Below, piece after piece: positions 24,459 to 37,140 of a stretch of 64,000 bases of DNA. Both the position numbers and the translations under genes were made by a program. How positions within the stretch are numbered: the first letter of the stretch is position 1; each line of letters begins with the position of its first letter. Source of the DNA: a virus; the IMG/VR virus record IMGVR_UViG_3300042516_003202. The stretch is one strand, 5' to 3'. Below the pieces are notes generated by a model. It worked only from the letters and a program-made list of their open reading frames with translations. It was not told the origin of the DNA and made no database searches.

Positions 24459-24784
24459 GGTGATTTTCGCTGCAATACTCTAGCAATCTTTTCATTATAC
24501 TGTGGTGGTTCGTTGAGTTTTTCTACTAGTGCATCAAAGTTTTCTTTTGATAGAATAATCTTTTCTGGTGGATAAGAACCTTTACCCCAAAACTCTTCAA
24601 ACTTATAAACATACTCCATATGTTCCCATCCGTGATTAAGAGAATGCCAGAACTCTCCCCACACATGGTAGTCATCAAAGCGAAAACCTTGGTGAGATAT
24701 CAAACGATACCACCACCAGAATGGCGTATAGTAAATCGGTTTAAATCCGAGTATCCACTTGTTTAGGAACACAGGAAAGTCCAT
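24449..24784 (-). CDS. Trp-rich hypothetical protein
   Basis: ORF track. Confidence 0.75.
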   Translation of the reverse strand: MDFPVFLNKWILGFKPIYYTPFWWWYRLISHQGFRFDDYHVWGEFWHSLNHGWEHMEYVYKFEEFWGKGSYPPEKIILSKENFDALVEKLNEPPQYNEKIARVLQRKSPWD

Positions 24785-25029
24785 TATACTCCCCTACCCC
24801 CAAGATTCCAAGGGTCAACACCATCAGGAATAGGATCATCCCATGCCCCCTTACCCTCATCAGAATAGTTTACATAAAGATTATCACCACCAATGTTTAG
24901 GTGAAAGACTTGACCGTTGTTGAGATAAATTCCCATCCATACTGCACGCCCTTCTTCCATTACTTCATAATGAAACATCTTCACATCTTCCAGAATAATT
25001 TCATCTGGGTTCTTTACAAAACGTGTCAT
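24784..25029 (-). CDS. Hypothetical protein
   Basis: ORF track. Confidence 0.75.
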   Translation of the reverse strand: MTRFVKNPDEIILEDVKMFHYEVMEEGRAVWMGIYLNNGQVFHLNIGGDNLYVNYSDEGKGAWDDPIPDGVDPWNLGGRGV

Positions 25030-25176
25030 TTTGATTTCTGCTGTTCTACATTAGAAGTTGAAAAGTGTGGTTCAATATGAGTAACTGAAACTACAATTAC
25101 CAAACCACAAATTGCGGCAAGCATTAAATCTCCGAGTTTCATTTTTTTCTCCTTTGTTTTCGTTTTTATATAGGTT

Positions 25177-25473
25177 TTATTTCAAAACCTCATTAACATC
25201 AACGGCATCATAATCATCAATACCGAGTTTAAACCTTACAAAATCTGTGAAATCCATGGCATCTTGTTCATAAACACAATACCCACCATTATTATCACTC
25301 TCCGTGTAATTGGTAAAGTAATCATCAAATACTACCATAATGGCAAGGGCACGAGAATGATCATGTTCTGTGATGGTTTTATGAGGATGTGCCACAATCT
25401 TTGTGATACACTCAAAGAGTTCCTCACGATTATAAGAGAATGCTTTTGCTTCTGGGTTGAGTTTGTAAGTCAT
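25177..25473 (-). CDS. Hypothetical protein
   Basis: Track ORF; likely start MTYKL. Confidence 0.75.
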   Translation of the reverse strand: MTYKLNPEAKAFSYNREELFECITKIVAHPHKTITEHDHSRALAIMVVFDDYFTNYTESDNNGGYCVYEQDAMDFTDFVRFKLGIDDYDAVDVNEVLK

Positions 25474-26207
25474 GAGAAATTGTAATGAACACGGGTGTAG
25501 AAATCTTTGAAACAACTCCTATTGAGGAGTTTCATCATCGCTGGAGGAATGTAGTATGAATATTCACTGAAGAAATCTTCTTTACTGAGAAATCTGAGAC
25601 CATGAAGATACCAAGTGCCAAATTGCTCATGGAATGCTCTCACAGCACGATATTGCTTTGTAGTGCAAGGAACATACTTATTGGTAGATGTTTCAAAATC
25701 TTCAGGATGACCAGGATTTGCCTGTGTCATCATAACACACACGGTTTGACCTTCACCTGTGCCGAAGTATTCGGAAACCATATACACCCAATGTTCATCC
25801 ACTGGGAATACATCACGATGATACTTCTGCTCATATTCTTTCATACAAGCATCAGCAACCAGTTGGAAGTTTTCTTTTTTCTTTGCTTGTAGTTCTTCCA
25901 TTAGTTCTTCATGTTCAATCTTACGAAGTTCTTTAAGAGCATCAGAATACTTGTCGATACCAGCAATAGCAGCTCTTACAGCATCCATTCGTTCCTCCTT
26001 TTCAATATCAGCGAGTTCTTTTAGAGCATCGCCATTTTCAGCATAAAGTTTTTCTACTGCTTCCCATGCTTTTTTATTTGCCACTTCTTTTTGGACTTTC
26101 TGGTAATCTTCTTCAGATACTTTAGCAATAATCACTTCGTTTGCTGCTTCTCGTTTTGCTGCTTCTTCAAGCATTTCTTCGTGTGTAGGTTCAATCATGG
26201 TTCCCAA
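25470..26207 (-). CDS. Hypothetical protein with N-terminal coiled coil
   Basis: ORF track, 245 aa. Confidence 0.8.
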   Translation of the reverse strand: MGTMIEPTHEEMLEEAAKREAANEVIIAKVSEEDYQKVQKEVANKKAWEAVEKLYAENGDALKELADIEKEERMDAVRAAIAGIDKYSDALKELRKIEHEELMEELQAKKKENFQLVADACMKEYEQKYHRDVFPVDEHWVYMVSEYFGTGEGQTVCVMMTQANPGHPEDFETSTNKYVPCTTKQYRAVRAFHEQFGTWYLHGLRFLSKEDFFSEYSYYIPPAMMKLLNRSCFKDFYTRVHYNFS

Positions 26208-26383
26208 GCGTAAGATTTTAATAGTTGATTGTCTTTTTCAAGTTGTTCAATTCGTTCATTCATCTCTTGCAGAAGTTCAATTAATGCAAGAGTATCAATC
26301 GTTTCTGTGTCTTGCCCATTCTCCATATCAATATATTGAGAATAGAAAAGTTCTTGTTTGAAGTTTCGTTTAGTCATCATCAC
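26195..26383 (-). CDS. Hypothetical protein
   Basis: ORF track. Confidence 0.7.
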   Translation of the reverse strand: MMMTKRNFKQELFYSQYIDMENGQDTETIDTLALIELLQEMNERIEQLEKDNQLLKSYAWEP

Positions 26384-26555
26384 ACATCCATTCCTTCAAA
26401 TCAATAATCTCATACCAATCAGGAGCATAATCATCATTCTTCATAACATTAATTTTGTCAGTTGCTTCCTCTTCAGTATCATAGCACGCAACCCAATCAC
26501 CCGTAGCACGGTCAGGATAATAGTTGTATCCAGCAATCAACAGATAAGTTTTCAT
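26370..26555 (-). CDS. Hypothetical protein
   Basis: ORF track. Confidence 0.7.
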   Translation of the reverse strand: MKTYLLIAGYNYYPDRATGDWVACYDTEEEATDKINVMKNDDYAPDWYEIIDLKEWMCDDD

Positions 26556-27361
26556 CGCAGTTTCTCCCTAATCGTTCGGATACACTCATTCCACTTATAA
26601 CTGTTAGTTTCGTGTTCTGATGGCAACCACAAACTGATTTCATCAATCAAAGTAGCAATACAAGTATCACCATCCCAATCAACACCAGTTGTGAATACAT
26701 CTGCCCACCAATCATGGATCAAATCACTCAAGGTTTGTGGTTTGGTAGAAGATGAAACCACACCTTGCTTGACTGCTTCACGGAATGCTTCTTTCAATCC
26801 ATCAGCAACTTGTTCTGGTGTTTGAGGTGTTGGTTTGTAATCAACTACACCATAACCATCATGAATTCTGATAGTTTCTTCCATTTCATTATGAACTCGT
26901 TCTCCTCGTTCTTGTGCGGTTTCTTGAAACTCTCCTACCTTATAATCCTTCTGTGCGGACTTATAACCATTTACAAAGTGCATCCAAGTTGGACTGTCCC
27001 AACATCCATCAGTAATATGAGTCGTAGGATAATTACCATAAACTCTTTTATATGCTTCTTCGCAAGGAGTTTTTGTTTTTTCCAGTTCCTTATAAAATTC
27101 CAACTTACTTTGAAGCACTTTGATTTGTGCCTCAATATCTTCAATCACAGTCATAGGAGTTTCGTATTTCACAGGTTCATTCATTTTAATGTGTAGTTGT
27201 GTTTTAGGTGTTACCGTTCCCAATCTACCAGTTCCTTCAACTTTTATGGTAGTTTCTCCACTTGGTGATGTGAATTTAAGGTCAGTCATTTTATCTTTGT
27301 TAAGAGGTCCATAAACTTGTTCCATTAGTTTTTGAAAGTCCTTATCCATATCCCAAAGCAT
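26552..27361 (-). CDS. Hypothetical protein
   Basis: ORF track, 269 aa. Confidence 0.8.
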   Translation of the reverse strand: MLWDMDKDFQKLMEQVYGPLNKDKMTDLKFTSPSGETTIKVEGTGRLGTVTPKTQLHIKMNEPVKYETPMTVIEDIEAQIKVLQSKLEFYKELEKTKTPCEEAYKRVYGNYPTTHITDGCWDSPTWMHFVNGYKSAQKDYKVGEFQETAQERGERVHNEMEETIRIHDGYGVVDYKPTPQTPEQVADGLKEAFREAVKQGVVSSSTKPQTLSDLIHDWWADVFTTGVDWDGDTCIATLIDEISLWLPSEHETNSYKWNECIRTIREKLR

Positions 27362-28525
27362 TAGAGTGCCTCCAATTCATCACATACATCAAGTATAGCA
27401 CGGGCATCAAGCACCATATCTTCCACACCTTCCTCTCTACAAAACTGATAGTATTGGAGTTCTGCTACTAACTCACGGAGAATATCAGCAATAATTTTTT
27501 TGCTGTAAGGGTCAAGATAAGTGTCAAATTGTTCTACTGGTGTCATTAGTGCTTTGGAATAACCATCAACATAAGTATTCCAAATTACTTGTGCTACTTC
27601 TTTTTTGTTAGCCATTTTCTTTCATCACAGGATGCTCGTATTCTACACCAATTTGTTCTAAAAGTGTGCGGGCAAAGGTAATCTCACCGTAATCAGCACC
27701 TACCTCAAAGGCAACATCACCATTAGTATAATCATTTGGATTGAAATCATCACCATACTTATTGTAACAGTGCTTCATCTCTGCGTATTTTTTGAGAACT
27801 CCAAGAAGAAGTGTGAGTTTTTGTTCGTCAGTCATTCTTCATCCTCATCAAAACCACCAACACCAATATCTACAAAGGTAGAACCATCAACGTCCTCAAA
27901 AAGTTGGAAGTCAAAATCACCTTGATAAAAGTTATACCTGTATCCATCAGTAATTCTTACTTCTTGGTCAAGTGGAAACTCTTTGAGTTTTTCAATAAAT
28001 TCAGCAACAGTCATTTCACCCCCAGCAAATCCTTTTCTTCGTCAGTCAAACGAGCAATCAGTTCTTTACGCTTTTGTGCTTTGATTTCTTTCTCTTGTTG
28101 TTTCACAAGCATTTCATCCAAGATACTATCCATTGTGCAGAAATCATAATCTCCTCCACTCTTCCAATCAGATCGTCCTTCATTGTCAATAAAAACAGTG
28201 TTATTAGACCATTTGCCATCATCGTGCCAATCATTACGCAGAGTGATTTTATAACCTTCATCAGTTTGACGGAAGGTTACATCACGAATAGAAAGTTTCT
28301 GTGCTTTACAGAGAAAGTCCAGTAGTTCGGTTGTAGTAATCATTTCATTTGCTCCAAAACATCAATAAAGTGTTGAATACAATCTTTGGGAATGTGAATG
28401 GTTTGGTATCCTGGTCCATTACCATCCTCTACACTCACAGTTCCATACTCATCGGCAGTGAAATCAAAACTCCAACCATCTTCATCGTGTATAATTTTAA
28501 TGTGCTTGGTGATTGTGTAGGTCAT
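27361..28525 (-). other. Five coupled small hypothetical CDS (27361-27615, 27608-27835, 27832-28014, 28011-28343, 28340-28525)
   Basis: ORF track; overlapping stop/start junctions; last start corrected to MTYTI. Confidence 0.75.
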
Positions 28526-28546
28526 CGGTTGGTTGCTTATGAGGTT

Positions 28547-28605
28547 ATTATACGACCAAACACACCCCACCACAAGGAGGAGTGTGCCAGTTCTTCAAGT
28601 GTCCT
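28547..28605 (-). promoter_or_regulatory. Palindrome/hairpin/sigma70 cassette
   Basis: GTGCCAGTT-CTTC-AAGTGTCCT at 28584; TTGTGG-17-TATAAT. Confidence 0.85.
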
Positions 28606-31600
28606 CAAAATCTCTTGGTTCTTCGTATGCCTCATCGCATCCAGTAAATGCGTATTTCTTATTATTCATCTTATACCATTCGTGGTTCAAAGCATAAAAG
28701 AATGTCATCCATTCTCCGTCGTAATATGAAAGTCCTTCATTATAAGAACCAAAGACATTAGTTTCTTCTGGAACTCTCATCCAGATTTTCCAGTAATCAA
28801 AAATTAGTTTTGTGAGTTTCATTTTCTCTTACCAGAGTTCTCATAAATGATTGCTTGTTCCAAAGACATTCCAAGATAAGTGTAATCAATTATACCACTA
28901 CTATCAGTTAAATCAGGATGAACCCAATAATTTGGATGATACCAATCAGTCCATCCAAGTGCTCTCAAATCATCAGCAGTTTTTACTTCTTTATTCATCA
29001 TCGCAGTCAAAATAATCTCCATCAAATAAGTTATCATAATTGTTGAGTGCCTGATAAAACCACCAAGCATCTTCTTCAACATCAATCAATCTATGCTGAC
29101 ACACCCATTTTGTATAATATCTTTCAGGGAACATTAGAATATACCAACAATCAAAAGCACTTCTCCAAGTGCGTCTGTTATTCCAGAGGGTTTTGAGTTT
29201 ATTCATAGGTAGTAAGTGTCCTCCTCATATTTCACATAATCACTACAAATATGGCAGAAGAAATCTCCACCAGTATCTTCTGGGTTAGTTATACACATAA
29301 CCCATACCCAAAAACATTCCCTAAACCAATACCAACCTGCATCTAACTTTTCAAAGAGATTCATAGGACGATTGATTTTCATAACTTCACCAGGAGTTCC
29401 ATTCAAAATAATACTCATATTATAATCAAGTTGTTTGTTAACTTCTGCGTTAAGTTCGTCTTTGAAAACTTTTTCCCAATCTACCTTACCAAAGAGTTCT
29501 TCAAGTTCTTGTGCGGTGGTCGGTTTATTATTCATATCTAATCTTCTTTGGATTGTTTCTTTTACCACATACAGGACACTTTACACCATCCATCACCAGT
29601 TGTCTATCACAAGAATTACACCAAAAGAAACCATACTTTGCCTGTTTGGCTTTCTCACGATTTCTTGGTTGGTAGTCCTCATCCATTATTTCACTTCCAC
29701 ATAAATCGTTTCACCAAGTTGAGTTTTACATTTCCACCTCTTGCCGCAAGTGAGACATTCAAGAGCAGAAGTTGTTATATTTCTATCTGGATTAGTATTC
29801 ACTCCGTTCTTATCATAGATTGGAGGATAATATGCGGCAGTTGAAGAACCTGGACTTTGAATAAATCTACAATCCTCTCTGGGACATTGGGGAGTTATAT
29901 TAGTCATAATGCATCATCAACCCAGAAGAACCCAAGACAAGTTTTCATAAAGAACCTCACCAAACGATTAGGTTTCTCATTCATATAATACCTCAAATAT
30001 CGTTGATTTCCAATCGTATAATAACCTTTATGATTATTTCCCTGTTTGATTACAAAAGAAGTTTCAGGATAAGAACTAACATAAGCACTCAATCCAGTTC
30101 CATAAGTAAGTTTTATGTGAGGTGGAAAATGTCCATGCTCCTTCGCATACTCAAAGTTATCACTAATTCTATCAAACTTATATTCGTAGTTTCTCTCCGC
30201 AGTTAGTTTAGAGGCATAAAAGTTTCTCTTCGTTTTCTCAATCAGATTATCAATATTCTCACCAAACTCTTGTTGTATTTCATCCAGGGTTTTGGGTTTC
30301 TCTGGGATAATAAGGAGATGTTTTACTTTATCAAAGTTTTCATTAGTTTCAGATACTTTCATACCCATAGCATCAAATAATGCTGCTATGTATTTCACAG
30401 AAGTTAGTTTAGTAGTATCTACATCATAAAATTTAGTTCCGATGTATAAAGTTCCTTGTGGTTGAATATAAGTGTTGTTTTGAACTCTTGCCGAGTAAGT
30501 ATCCAATACTGGTTGTCCTATGTTGTTTTCCCAGACATCAACATCCCAAGGAGATGAGATATTCTTTTCAGGTTTCCATTCCTTCATCGGATTCCATCTC
30601 CAAAGAGTTTTTTCAGTTCATCGTATAATGACCGAAGTTCATTATACTGTCCCATATATGCGAAATGTTCTGTTTCTTTTTGTGTTTGTAGTAAAACAAA
30701 AAGTTGTCTTACTTGTTCGTGTGTGAGAGTAATTTTATAACTCTTCTGAATTTCAATCACCATCGTCCAATACTCCTCAAAACATCTAATAGTTTGGTGA
30801 ATGCCCAAGAGATTACAAGTGCTTGCCCCCAAGTAACTGGAAAGAACGATACAATTGCCCATCCAAGTATTGCGACAACAACAAGAAGACCCATCAATTC
30901 ACCAATGATTTCTGGGATAGTTGGTTTAAACATTTTCAATCCTCCACATAATGGTAGATAGGTTTGTTGTATTTCCTTGCCATTTTAACACAAACTCTTG
31001 CTGCCATAAGTTCATCAAATCTTTTGATAAGAAAATATTCTCCTGTTGGAGATAACTTCAAAACCTTATAATAAACTTTCATCTCATCAAAATCAAAGAG
31101 TTCTTGGATTTTATAATCGGGTTCAGTCATTTTCGGTTTCCATCAAATTTACATAAGGAGTAGTTTTCCATTCACTCCACATATTATCAGGGTCTGGGGG
31201 ACATAAAGAACCAGAGGCATCCGCAGTAAAAAGAACAAACCGATACTGAAAATCTGGACGGCACATCGGTCCATTATCAATAATTCTCATTTCAATCATT
31301 TCCGTGCCTCCCAATATTTACCTTCCATACCACACTCATAGTACTTTCTCGCATGATCACAATACTTACCATTAGATCTTCCAGTCACAACATTTCCAGT
31401 CAAAGCAGGATGAAGGCATAAGTCAAATGTGTCACCAAATCCAGTAATGCGAGCATTCCAATCTCTCTTATAGTGCTTACAATCCTTACAAAGTTTAATA
31501 GGTTCAGTCATCACCACTCACACTCCACAATCACAGAAAACCCAAGTTTATCTTTGAGACATTCTACCATAAATTCCTGAAACTCATAAGAAGTCGGAGA

Positions 31601-33021
31601 ACACTCTTCAATCAAAATATGATAATGAATATCCCCATCCATATGGTAAGTTAGATAAACATCCTCAACATACAAATCACCATAATTTACTCCACTAAAC
31701 TTTTCTGTAGAATTCTTATGTTCTTGGAGAATTTCTTCTGCTGCTGTTTTTATTTTGATAAAGTTATGGTACGCATCTTCAATATCAAATCCAGAAGTCA
31801 GTTCAGTCATCTCAAATACCTGCGTCAGCATCAATAGTGAAGTTTGGTTTGTCTGTGATGACTTCTACACTCATACTATCCATAATCGCAGCAATCAAAT
31901 CCCTTACATTTTCCCTTGACTTGGCAGTATAATATCCACTCCAGTTTGATACTGCTAGAGAATGAGTGAGTGTATCAGTAATAACTGCGAGTTCGTGTGC
32001 TGTTAGTTTCATTTTGTCAAAAAATCTCCAAGTTTAGGAATTTCACCACAATAAGAAGTTACTTCTGATGGACTTCTACCTTTGAAAGCAATTCTACACT
32101 CCATAGATTTGACATAAGTTTGTTTATACAGATTTTGCTTCTGCATATCAGTATAGAAATACCCAAACACCAAACTAATGATGACGGTAAAACCAAACAT
32201 AACACACAGAGCAATCAGTGCTTCATCATTAAATTTCATTTGTCAGTCCTCATTAGTTGTTCCATTTATCGTGGGCAATAATCTTACGATAAGTTGTCTC
32301 ACTCACAATATCCTTCTCTAACTCAACAACAGAAGCATATTGGAGATAGAGTGCGTATTCATCCTCGTTGAAATTGATTGATGGAATGAGACCTTTGTAT
32401 GATAGAAGTGATTTGGTAATCAGTTTTTCTAATTGATAATGGTCGTCAGGCATCAGTCCTCCACAATCAAACAATACTTTGACTGAAAGATAAAAACATC
32501 CTTTTCGTGAATAAATTTCTCTCCATTTAGTTCCCAAGAATACACAACTTCAATCCAAGGGTCTGTATCTCCATAAGTATTGAAACCTTCAACGGTTACA
32601 TAACCTTTGGAACCATCTGCTCGTGCCCAACGAGAACCAACTTGGATTTCGTGTGCCTTGAAGAAATGACGGACAATTGCTCTGCGTCCATCTATGATTT
32701 CAGTTTCGTAGTTCATTACCATTGCTCCACAGGGATATAACCTACACTATGGCAGGTATCACATTCATAAAGATGACACTCACCCCAAGAGTATTCTGGG
32801 GGTAGATTGTCTTCATCAAAGTCGGCAGCATACTGGGCACTTACTTGCTTGAACTGTTCATTACTTTGGTCTGAATCATCTTTCAGAACATAATGAAGTG
32901 TCCAACTTTCACCATCACCTTGACAATCGGGACACTTACGAAATCCCATCTCACCTCTGATAATGGCACGGAGTTCTGCTGCCTCCAAAAGAAGGTCGTT
33001 GCCGTAGGAAGAAACTTGCAT
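28595..33021 (-). other. Run of about 16 small hypothetical CDS (e.g. 28595-28822, 28819-29001, 28991-29206, 29203-29568, 29686-29907 CxxxxC/CxxC, 29904-30587, 30584-30763, 30757-30939, 30936-31130, 31123-31314, 31296-31517, 31511-31834, 31812-32012, 32009-32239, 32253-32453, 32453-32722, 32716-33021 CxxCxGxG)
   Basis: ORF track; tight head-to-tail packing; no family recognised. Confidence 0.75.
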
Positions 33022-33042
33022 CGGTTGGTTGCTTACAAGGTT

Positions 33043-33101
33043 ATTATACTGCAAAACCACCGACCACAAGAGGGTCGGTGTGCCAGTTCTTCAAGTGTCC
33101 A
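33043..33101 (-). promoter_or_regulatory. Palindrome/hairpin/sigma70 cassette
   Basis: GTGCCAGTT-CTTC-AAGTGTCCA at 33080; 8-bp stem CACCGACC/GGTCGGTG; TATAAT at 31 bp. Confidence 0.85.
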
Positions 33102-35222
33102 ACATCTTACGAATTCTATCTCCAATCAATTCAAGAATACTTTTTTGTCTTGGAGACCAAGCACCATAATTCATACAAATGTGATTGTATAGTTGTGGAA
33201 ACTGATGAACAAGATTACAATAATCACCACCAGATTTCAAACATTTATCAAATTCAATACCATTAGAACTTCTGTGGCAGTGAATACAATTCCGACAGTT
33301 GATAGCAAGACCAGAAGTGGGGTCAATTTGAGTATTGACCATTCCTTCCAGTTGTGCTCGTTTTTGTTCAAGATTGTTCATAAATCGTAAGGATGTTGAG
33401 GGTCTCGGGTCCAAAGTTTAGTATATACTAACCATTTCTCTTGTTTGTTATCCATTTCAGCAGTCCAGTGAATTCCATTCTCATCAATAGCATCAAGATA
33501 ATGAATACCTTTGCGGTCATCAATCACACGAGTGACAGTTACAAACTTTACTTTTTCAACCATAATCAAACTCCGTCTGGTAGATTTCCTGTTAAAGCAA
33601 GAATAAGAGAAATAATCATAATAAGAACAAGTCCTATTGGTAGTGGCCATTCTGGTTTTTCTGGATCATTCATTTTTCACAACCTCAAATGTGGGAACAC
33701 CTTTCTCATCAAACTCTACAGCAAGATTTACTGTATAACCACCTGAAATCCTCCAAGAAGCATTTTTGAACTCTTGTGTTTCTTTCTCTGGATATTTTGG
33801 AACAAAAAGACCATCTACAAGTTCATTAGCATCCTCATCACCAAGATAATGGAGGTTGATGAATTTACGCAATCTTATTTCATCTTCTGGTGGGAGATGA
33901 AAACTTACGGGAACAACAAACTTATTCGTTGGTTCAAACATTTTATCATAATCAATCATAATGCTTCTACTTCATCGGCAAGTTGATATAATACATCAGC
34001 AGGATGTTGAAGTTCTCCCCAATCAGTACAAAGTCGTGCTGCTGCTTCGTTGATGATAAAAGCAATCAGTTTCTTGCGGTCATTCTTCTGTGGTCGCAGT
34101 GTGAGTTCCATAGAAGCATCTAGGAGTTCTTGCGCTCTATTGGTCATCACGATTTCTCCTATACCAAGAAAGGTCTCTTGGACGTGCAGTAACTACATCC
34201 AAATAAAATTGAAATCGTTTGTATTGAATAAAAAATCCAAGCAAAAAACCAGAACTGATACACAAAGAAAATTCTGGAAGGATAGAATCGCAACCATAAT
34301 CATCCCATTGAACTGTAATATCAAGTAGAGCAAACTTTTGGAATCTAAGGACTTGGAAAAACCACTCCTTCCCAAAGTCCTCATAAGTTTCATAATCAAA
34401 GAGTTTCATACTCCATCTCCAGTTTCATTCCATTCATCCATACGAGTAGCAAGGTCTTCACACTCTTTCCAGTGTTTCTCTACTTCTTTTACACGCACCA
34501 TAAAACTATCTTCACCATGATCACCTGAATACAGATAATCAATATGCCTCATGATTTCTGCCATTTTACGCATCTTGAGAAGTTGTTTTCTCAAATACTT
34601 GATAGTTTCTGGCGAAAAATTGGGAGCATACTCATACTCATCTAGTTTTTTGTTGTTGTTTTGGATTTCTACTTCCAACTCATCAGCAAACTGTGCTACC
34701 TTGTAGTAATCGTAACCGCAGTCACCAAAATGTCCGCCACTCATGGTTGTGTCTCCGTTGTTACTTGGGGTGGTGGGGGAGGTGCTACAGGAGGTAGCAC
34801 TGTTTGTTGGGGTGCTGGAGGCAACGTGGTTGCCGTTGGAGGAGTCTCTGGCACCACTACAGGTGCTGGTTCTAATGCTGGTTTAGAGAGATCTTCCAGT
34901 TTTTTGTCCAGTTCATTCAGTTTTTGATCTAATACTGTTGGTGGTTGTGGTGAGTTAGACTCTGCAAGTTTCCATCCAGCAGCAGCAGCACCGAAAATAC
35001 TTGCAAGGGCAGCAACAGTTGAAATGGTCTTGGTGAAACTCATTTTGCCTCCAGTTCTTCATCTACAGGGAACATTTGATCATACTCTTCATCAGTCAGA
35101 GTAAGAAACTGAACATCAGCATCACGATGTTCTTCGGCATACATTAGATGGTAATGTACAAAGGCAGCAGGATCAGTGCTTCCATATTCTACCACACCAT
35201 CAACCAAACAAAGGTAGTTCAT
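33091..35222 (-). other. Run of small hypothetical CDS (33091-33414 Cys-rich, 33378-33563, 33666-33959, 33956-34150, 34137-34409, 34406-34744, 34741-35043 TM plus Pro-rich tail, 35040-35222)
   Basis: ORF track; coupled junctions. Confidence 0.75.
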
Positions 35223-35243
35223 CGGTTTGTTGTGTACTAAAGT

Positions 35244-35302
35244 ATCATAAAGCAAAACACTACCCATGTAAAGAGGTAGTGTGCCAGTTGGTCAGGTGTC
35301 TT
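35244..35302 (-). promoter_or_regulatory. Palindrome/hairpin/sigma70 cassette
   Basis: GTGCCAGTT-GGTC-AGGTGTCTT at 35281; stem CACTACC/GGTAGTG followed by a T-rich run; TATGAT at 31 bp. Confidence 0.8.
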
Positions 35303-37136
35303 GTTCTTGTTCTAGTTTGCCATAAAGTCCTCGTTCGTAACCCGCACAATATGCCGAATGTATCCATTTATACATCAAATCTTTACGGGTCTTTTCGTCC
35401 CCTACTTCACAGTCTCCATAGAAATACTCACATCTCCAAGTATAAGGACCATAGTTATCATTAAACCAATCTACAAAACCTTCTTCGGCATCATCTACCC
35501 ATTCAAAATCATTTGCTGGATGGTTTTTCATTTTCAATTTCTTGTTTTAGTTTGCGAATTCCAGTAATGAAGTAAGCAAAGTCACGAGTTTCTGTGATGG
35601 GTTTGGTTTCACCACACACATCACAGGTTGATGTATAAACAGAAGAACAACCTACAGAATATACTCCATAAGTTCGTCCGCAATCCATACAGGTTTTGTA
35701 GGCAGTCTCAAGTTTCTTGAGAAGTGCTTTCTTTTCTTTGAGGTTCATAAGGTCCAAGTTCAACTCCGTATTTGTTTTTGAGGTTGTCTGTAAGGTAATC
35801 ATACAGCAGATCGGCAAACCCGTAATGGGGTCTTGTGCCAGTTTCAATACTGGACGAAGTAGCAACCGTCCACATAATATCAAGTTCTCTTTTATCAGGA
35901 AGTTCTTTCATCAATCCCACCACCAACAAAGATTTTCAAGTGTGTTAATAAACTGTTCATGATAAACCGTTCTACTAGGATTTGGTTTACCATCTTTCAT
36001 GTCTTGTAGATACTGCATTATACCACGAACCACTGGAGTGTCTTGAAAGTATTCGTGCATTCTGTAACAATCAAACTTTTCATTATATTGAATAAAGTCA
36101 TGGAGCGGTGCCATATTGCGACGGTATGCACGGATGAATACATCTTCATCCTTAATACCATTCTTGTTTAGAATCTGAAGTGGTGTATACTTTTCACCAT
36201 CATTTTCTTCATCAAGTTCTTCTGGTTCACCAAAGACGAAATGAAGGTCATCATAATACTTTTCCATCAACTCTAGGTCTGGTGCTACACGAAGTTCTTC
36301 ATTCTCCTGCATGTAGTAGTCCATTCTACGTTTTGCATCTGGATCGGTCAGGCGAAATACAATATTACCGATGTAGTAGTTTACTGGACCTCCATACATG
36401 CTTTCGGATAGTTTTTTGCGAAACGAAAGATGAATAATTTCAAATCCAGGATCTTCATTTTCTTCCATTACTAAACCTTGAGTGAAACTCATTCTTTTAC
36501 CTCTTGAACATAAAAAGACTCATCACGCCAATTACGACCAGCAATATCAAAAGTAAAACCTAACTTGCCAACAGTGAAGAAAAAAGAAAATAGTCGTCCA
36601 TATCCCATATTAATTTGGAGATAAGGCCATTCAATCCAGGAACCATACTCACCAATATCAAATGCAACTTGGAGAAGTGCATGATGTTCATTAAAGAAAA
36701 GAGTTAGGCAATATTCTTTACCATAATCCTCTCTTACATACCATTTTGCAATTTGAAAGATTTTCATTCTTCTAGTTCCTGTGCTAGTTGAAGCATATCA
36801 TTTTTATCTAGAACAATCAAGTTATTTTGAGCATTATAAAACTGAACGTTTTCTGCAGTAATCTTCAAAATTGCGGCAACTAGTTTCTCTTCGGTATCAG
36901 CACCAGCATTTCGTGCCTCCCAAATAGCATTCATAAATGCTTGCGATCTTTCAGTCAATTGTCTTCTCCTCAGGAAAATCAAACCATTCATATAGAGAGT
37001 TCATCACATTTTCAACAATACAATCAACCACAGCATCTGGATGTGGGTTCTCTACATGTTTATGTGCTCTATTATAACCGAAACGAACACCTTCTTCAAG
37101 TGCCATTCCCAATACTTTATGAAAGTTCGGTTTCAT
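35292..37136 (-). other. Run of small hypothetical CDS (35292-35537, 35509-35748 CxxC/CxxC, 35708-35929, 35911-36492, 36489-36767, 36764-36991, 36951-37136)
   Basis: ORF track. Confidence 0.75.
35798..35856 (-). promoter_or_regulatory. Cassette embedded in a CDS
   Basis: GTGCCAGTT-TCAA-TACTGGACG at 35835; TATGAT at 31 bp; next ATG at 35748. Confidence 0.55.
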
Positions 37137-37140
37137 AATT

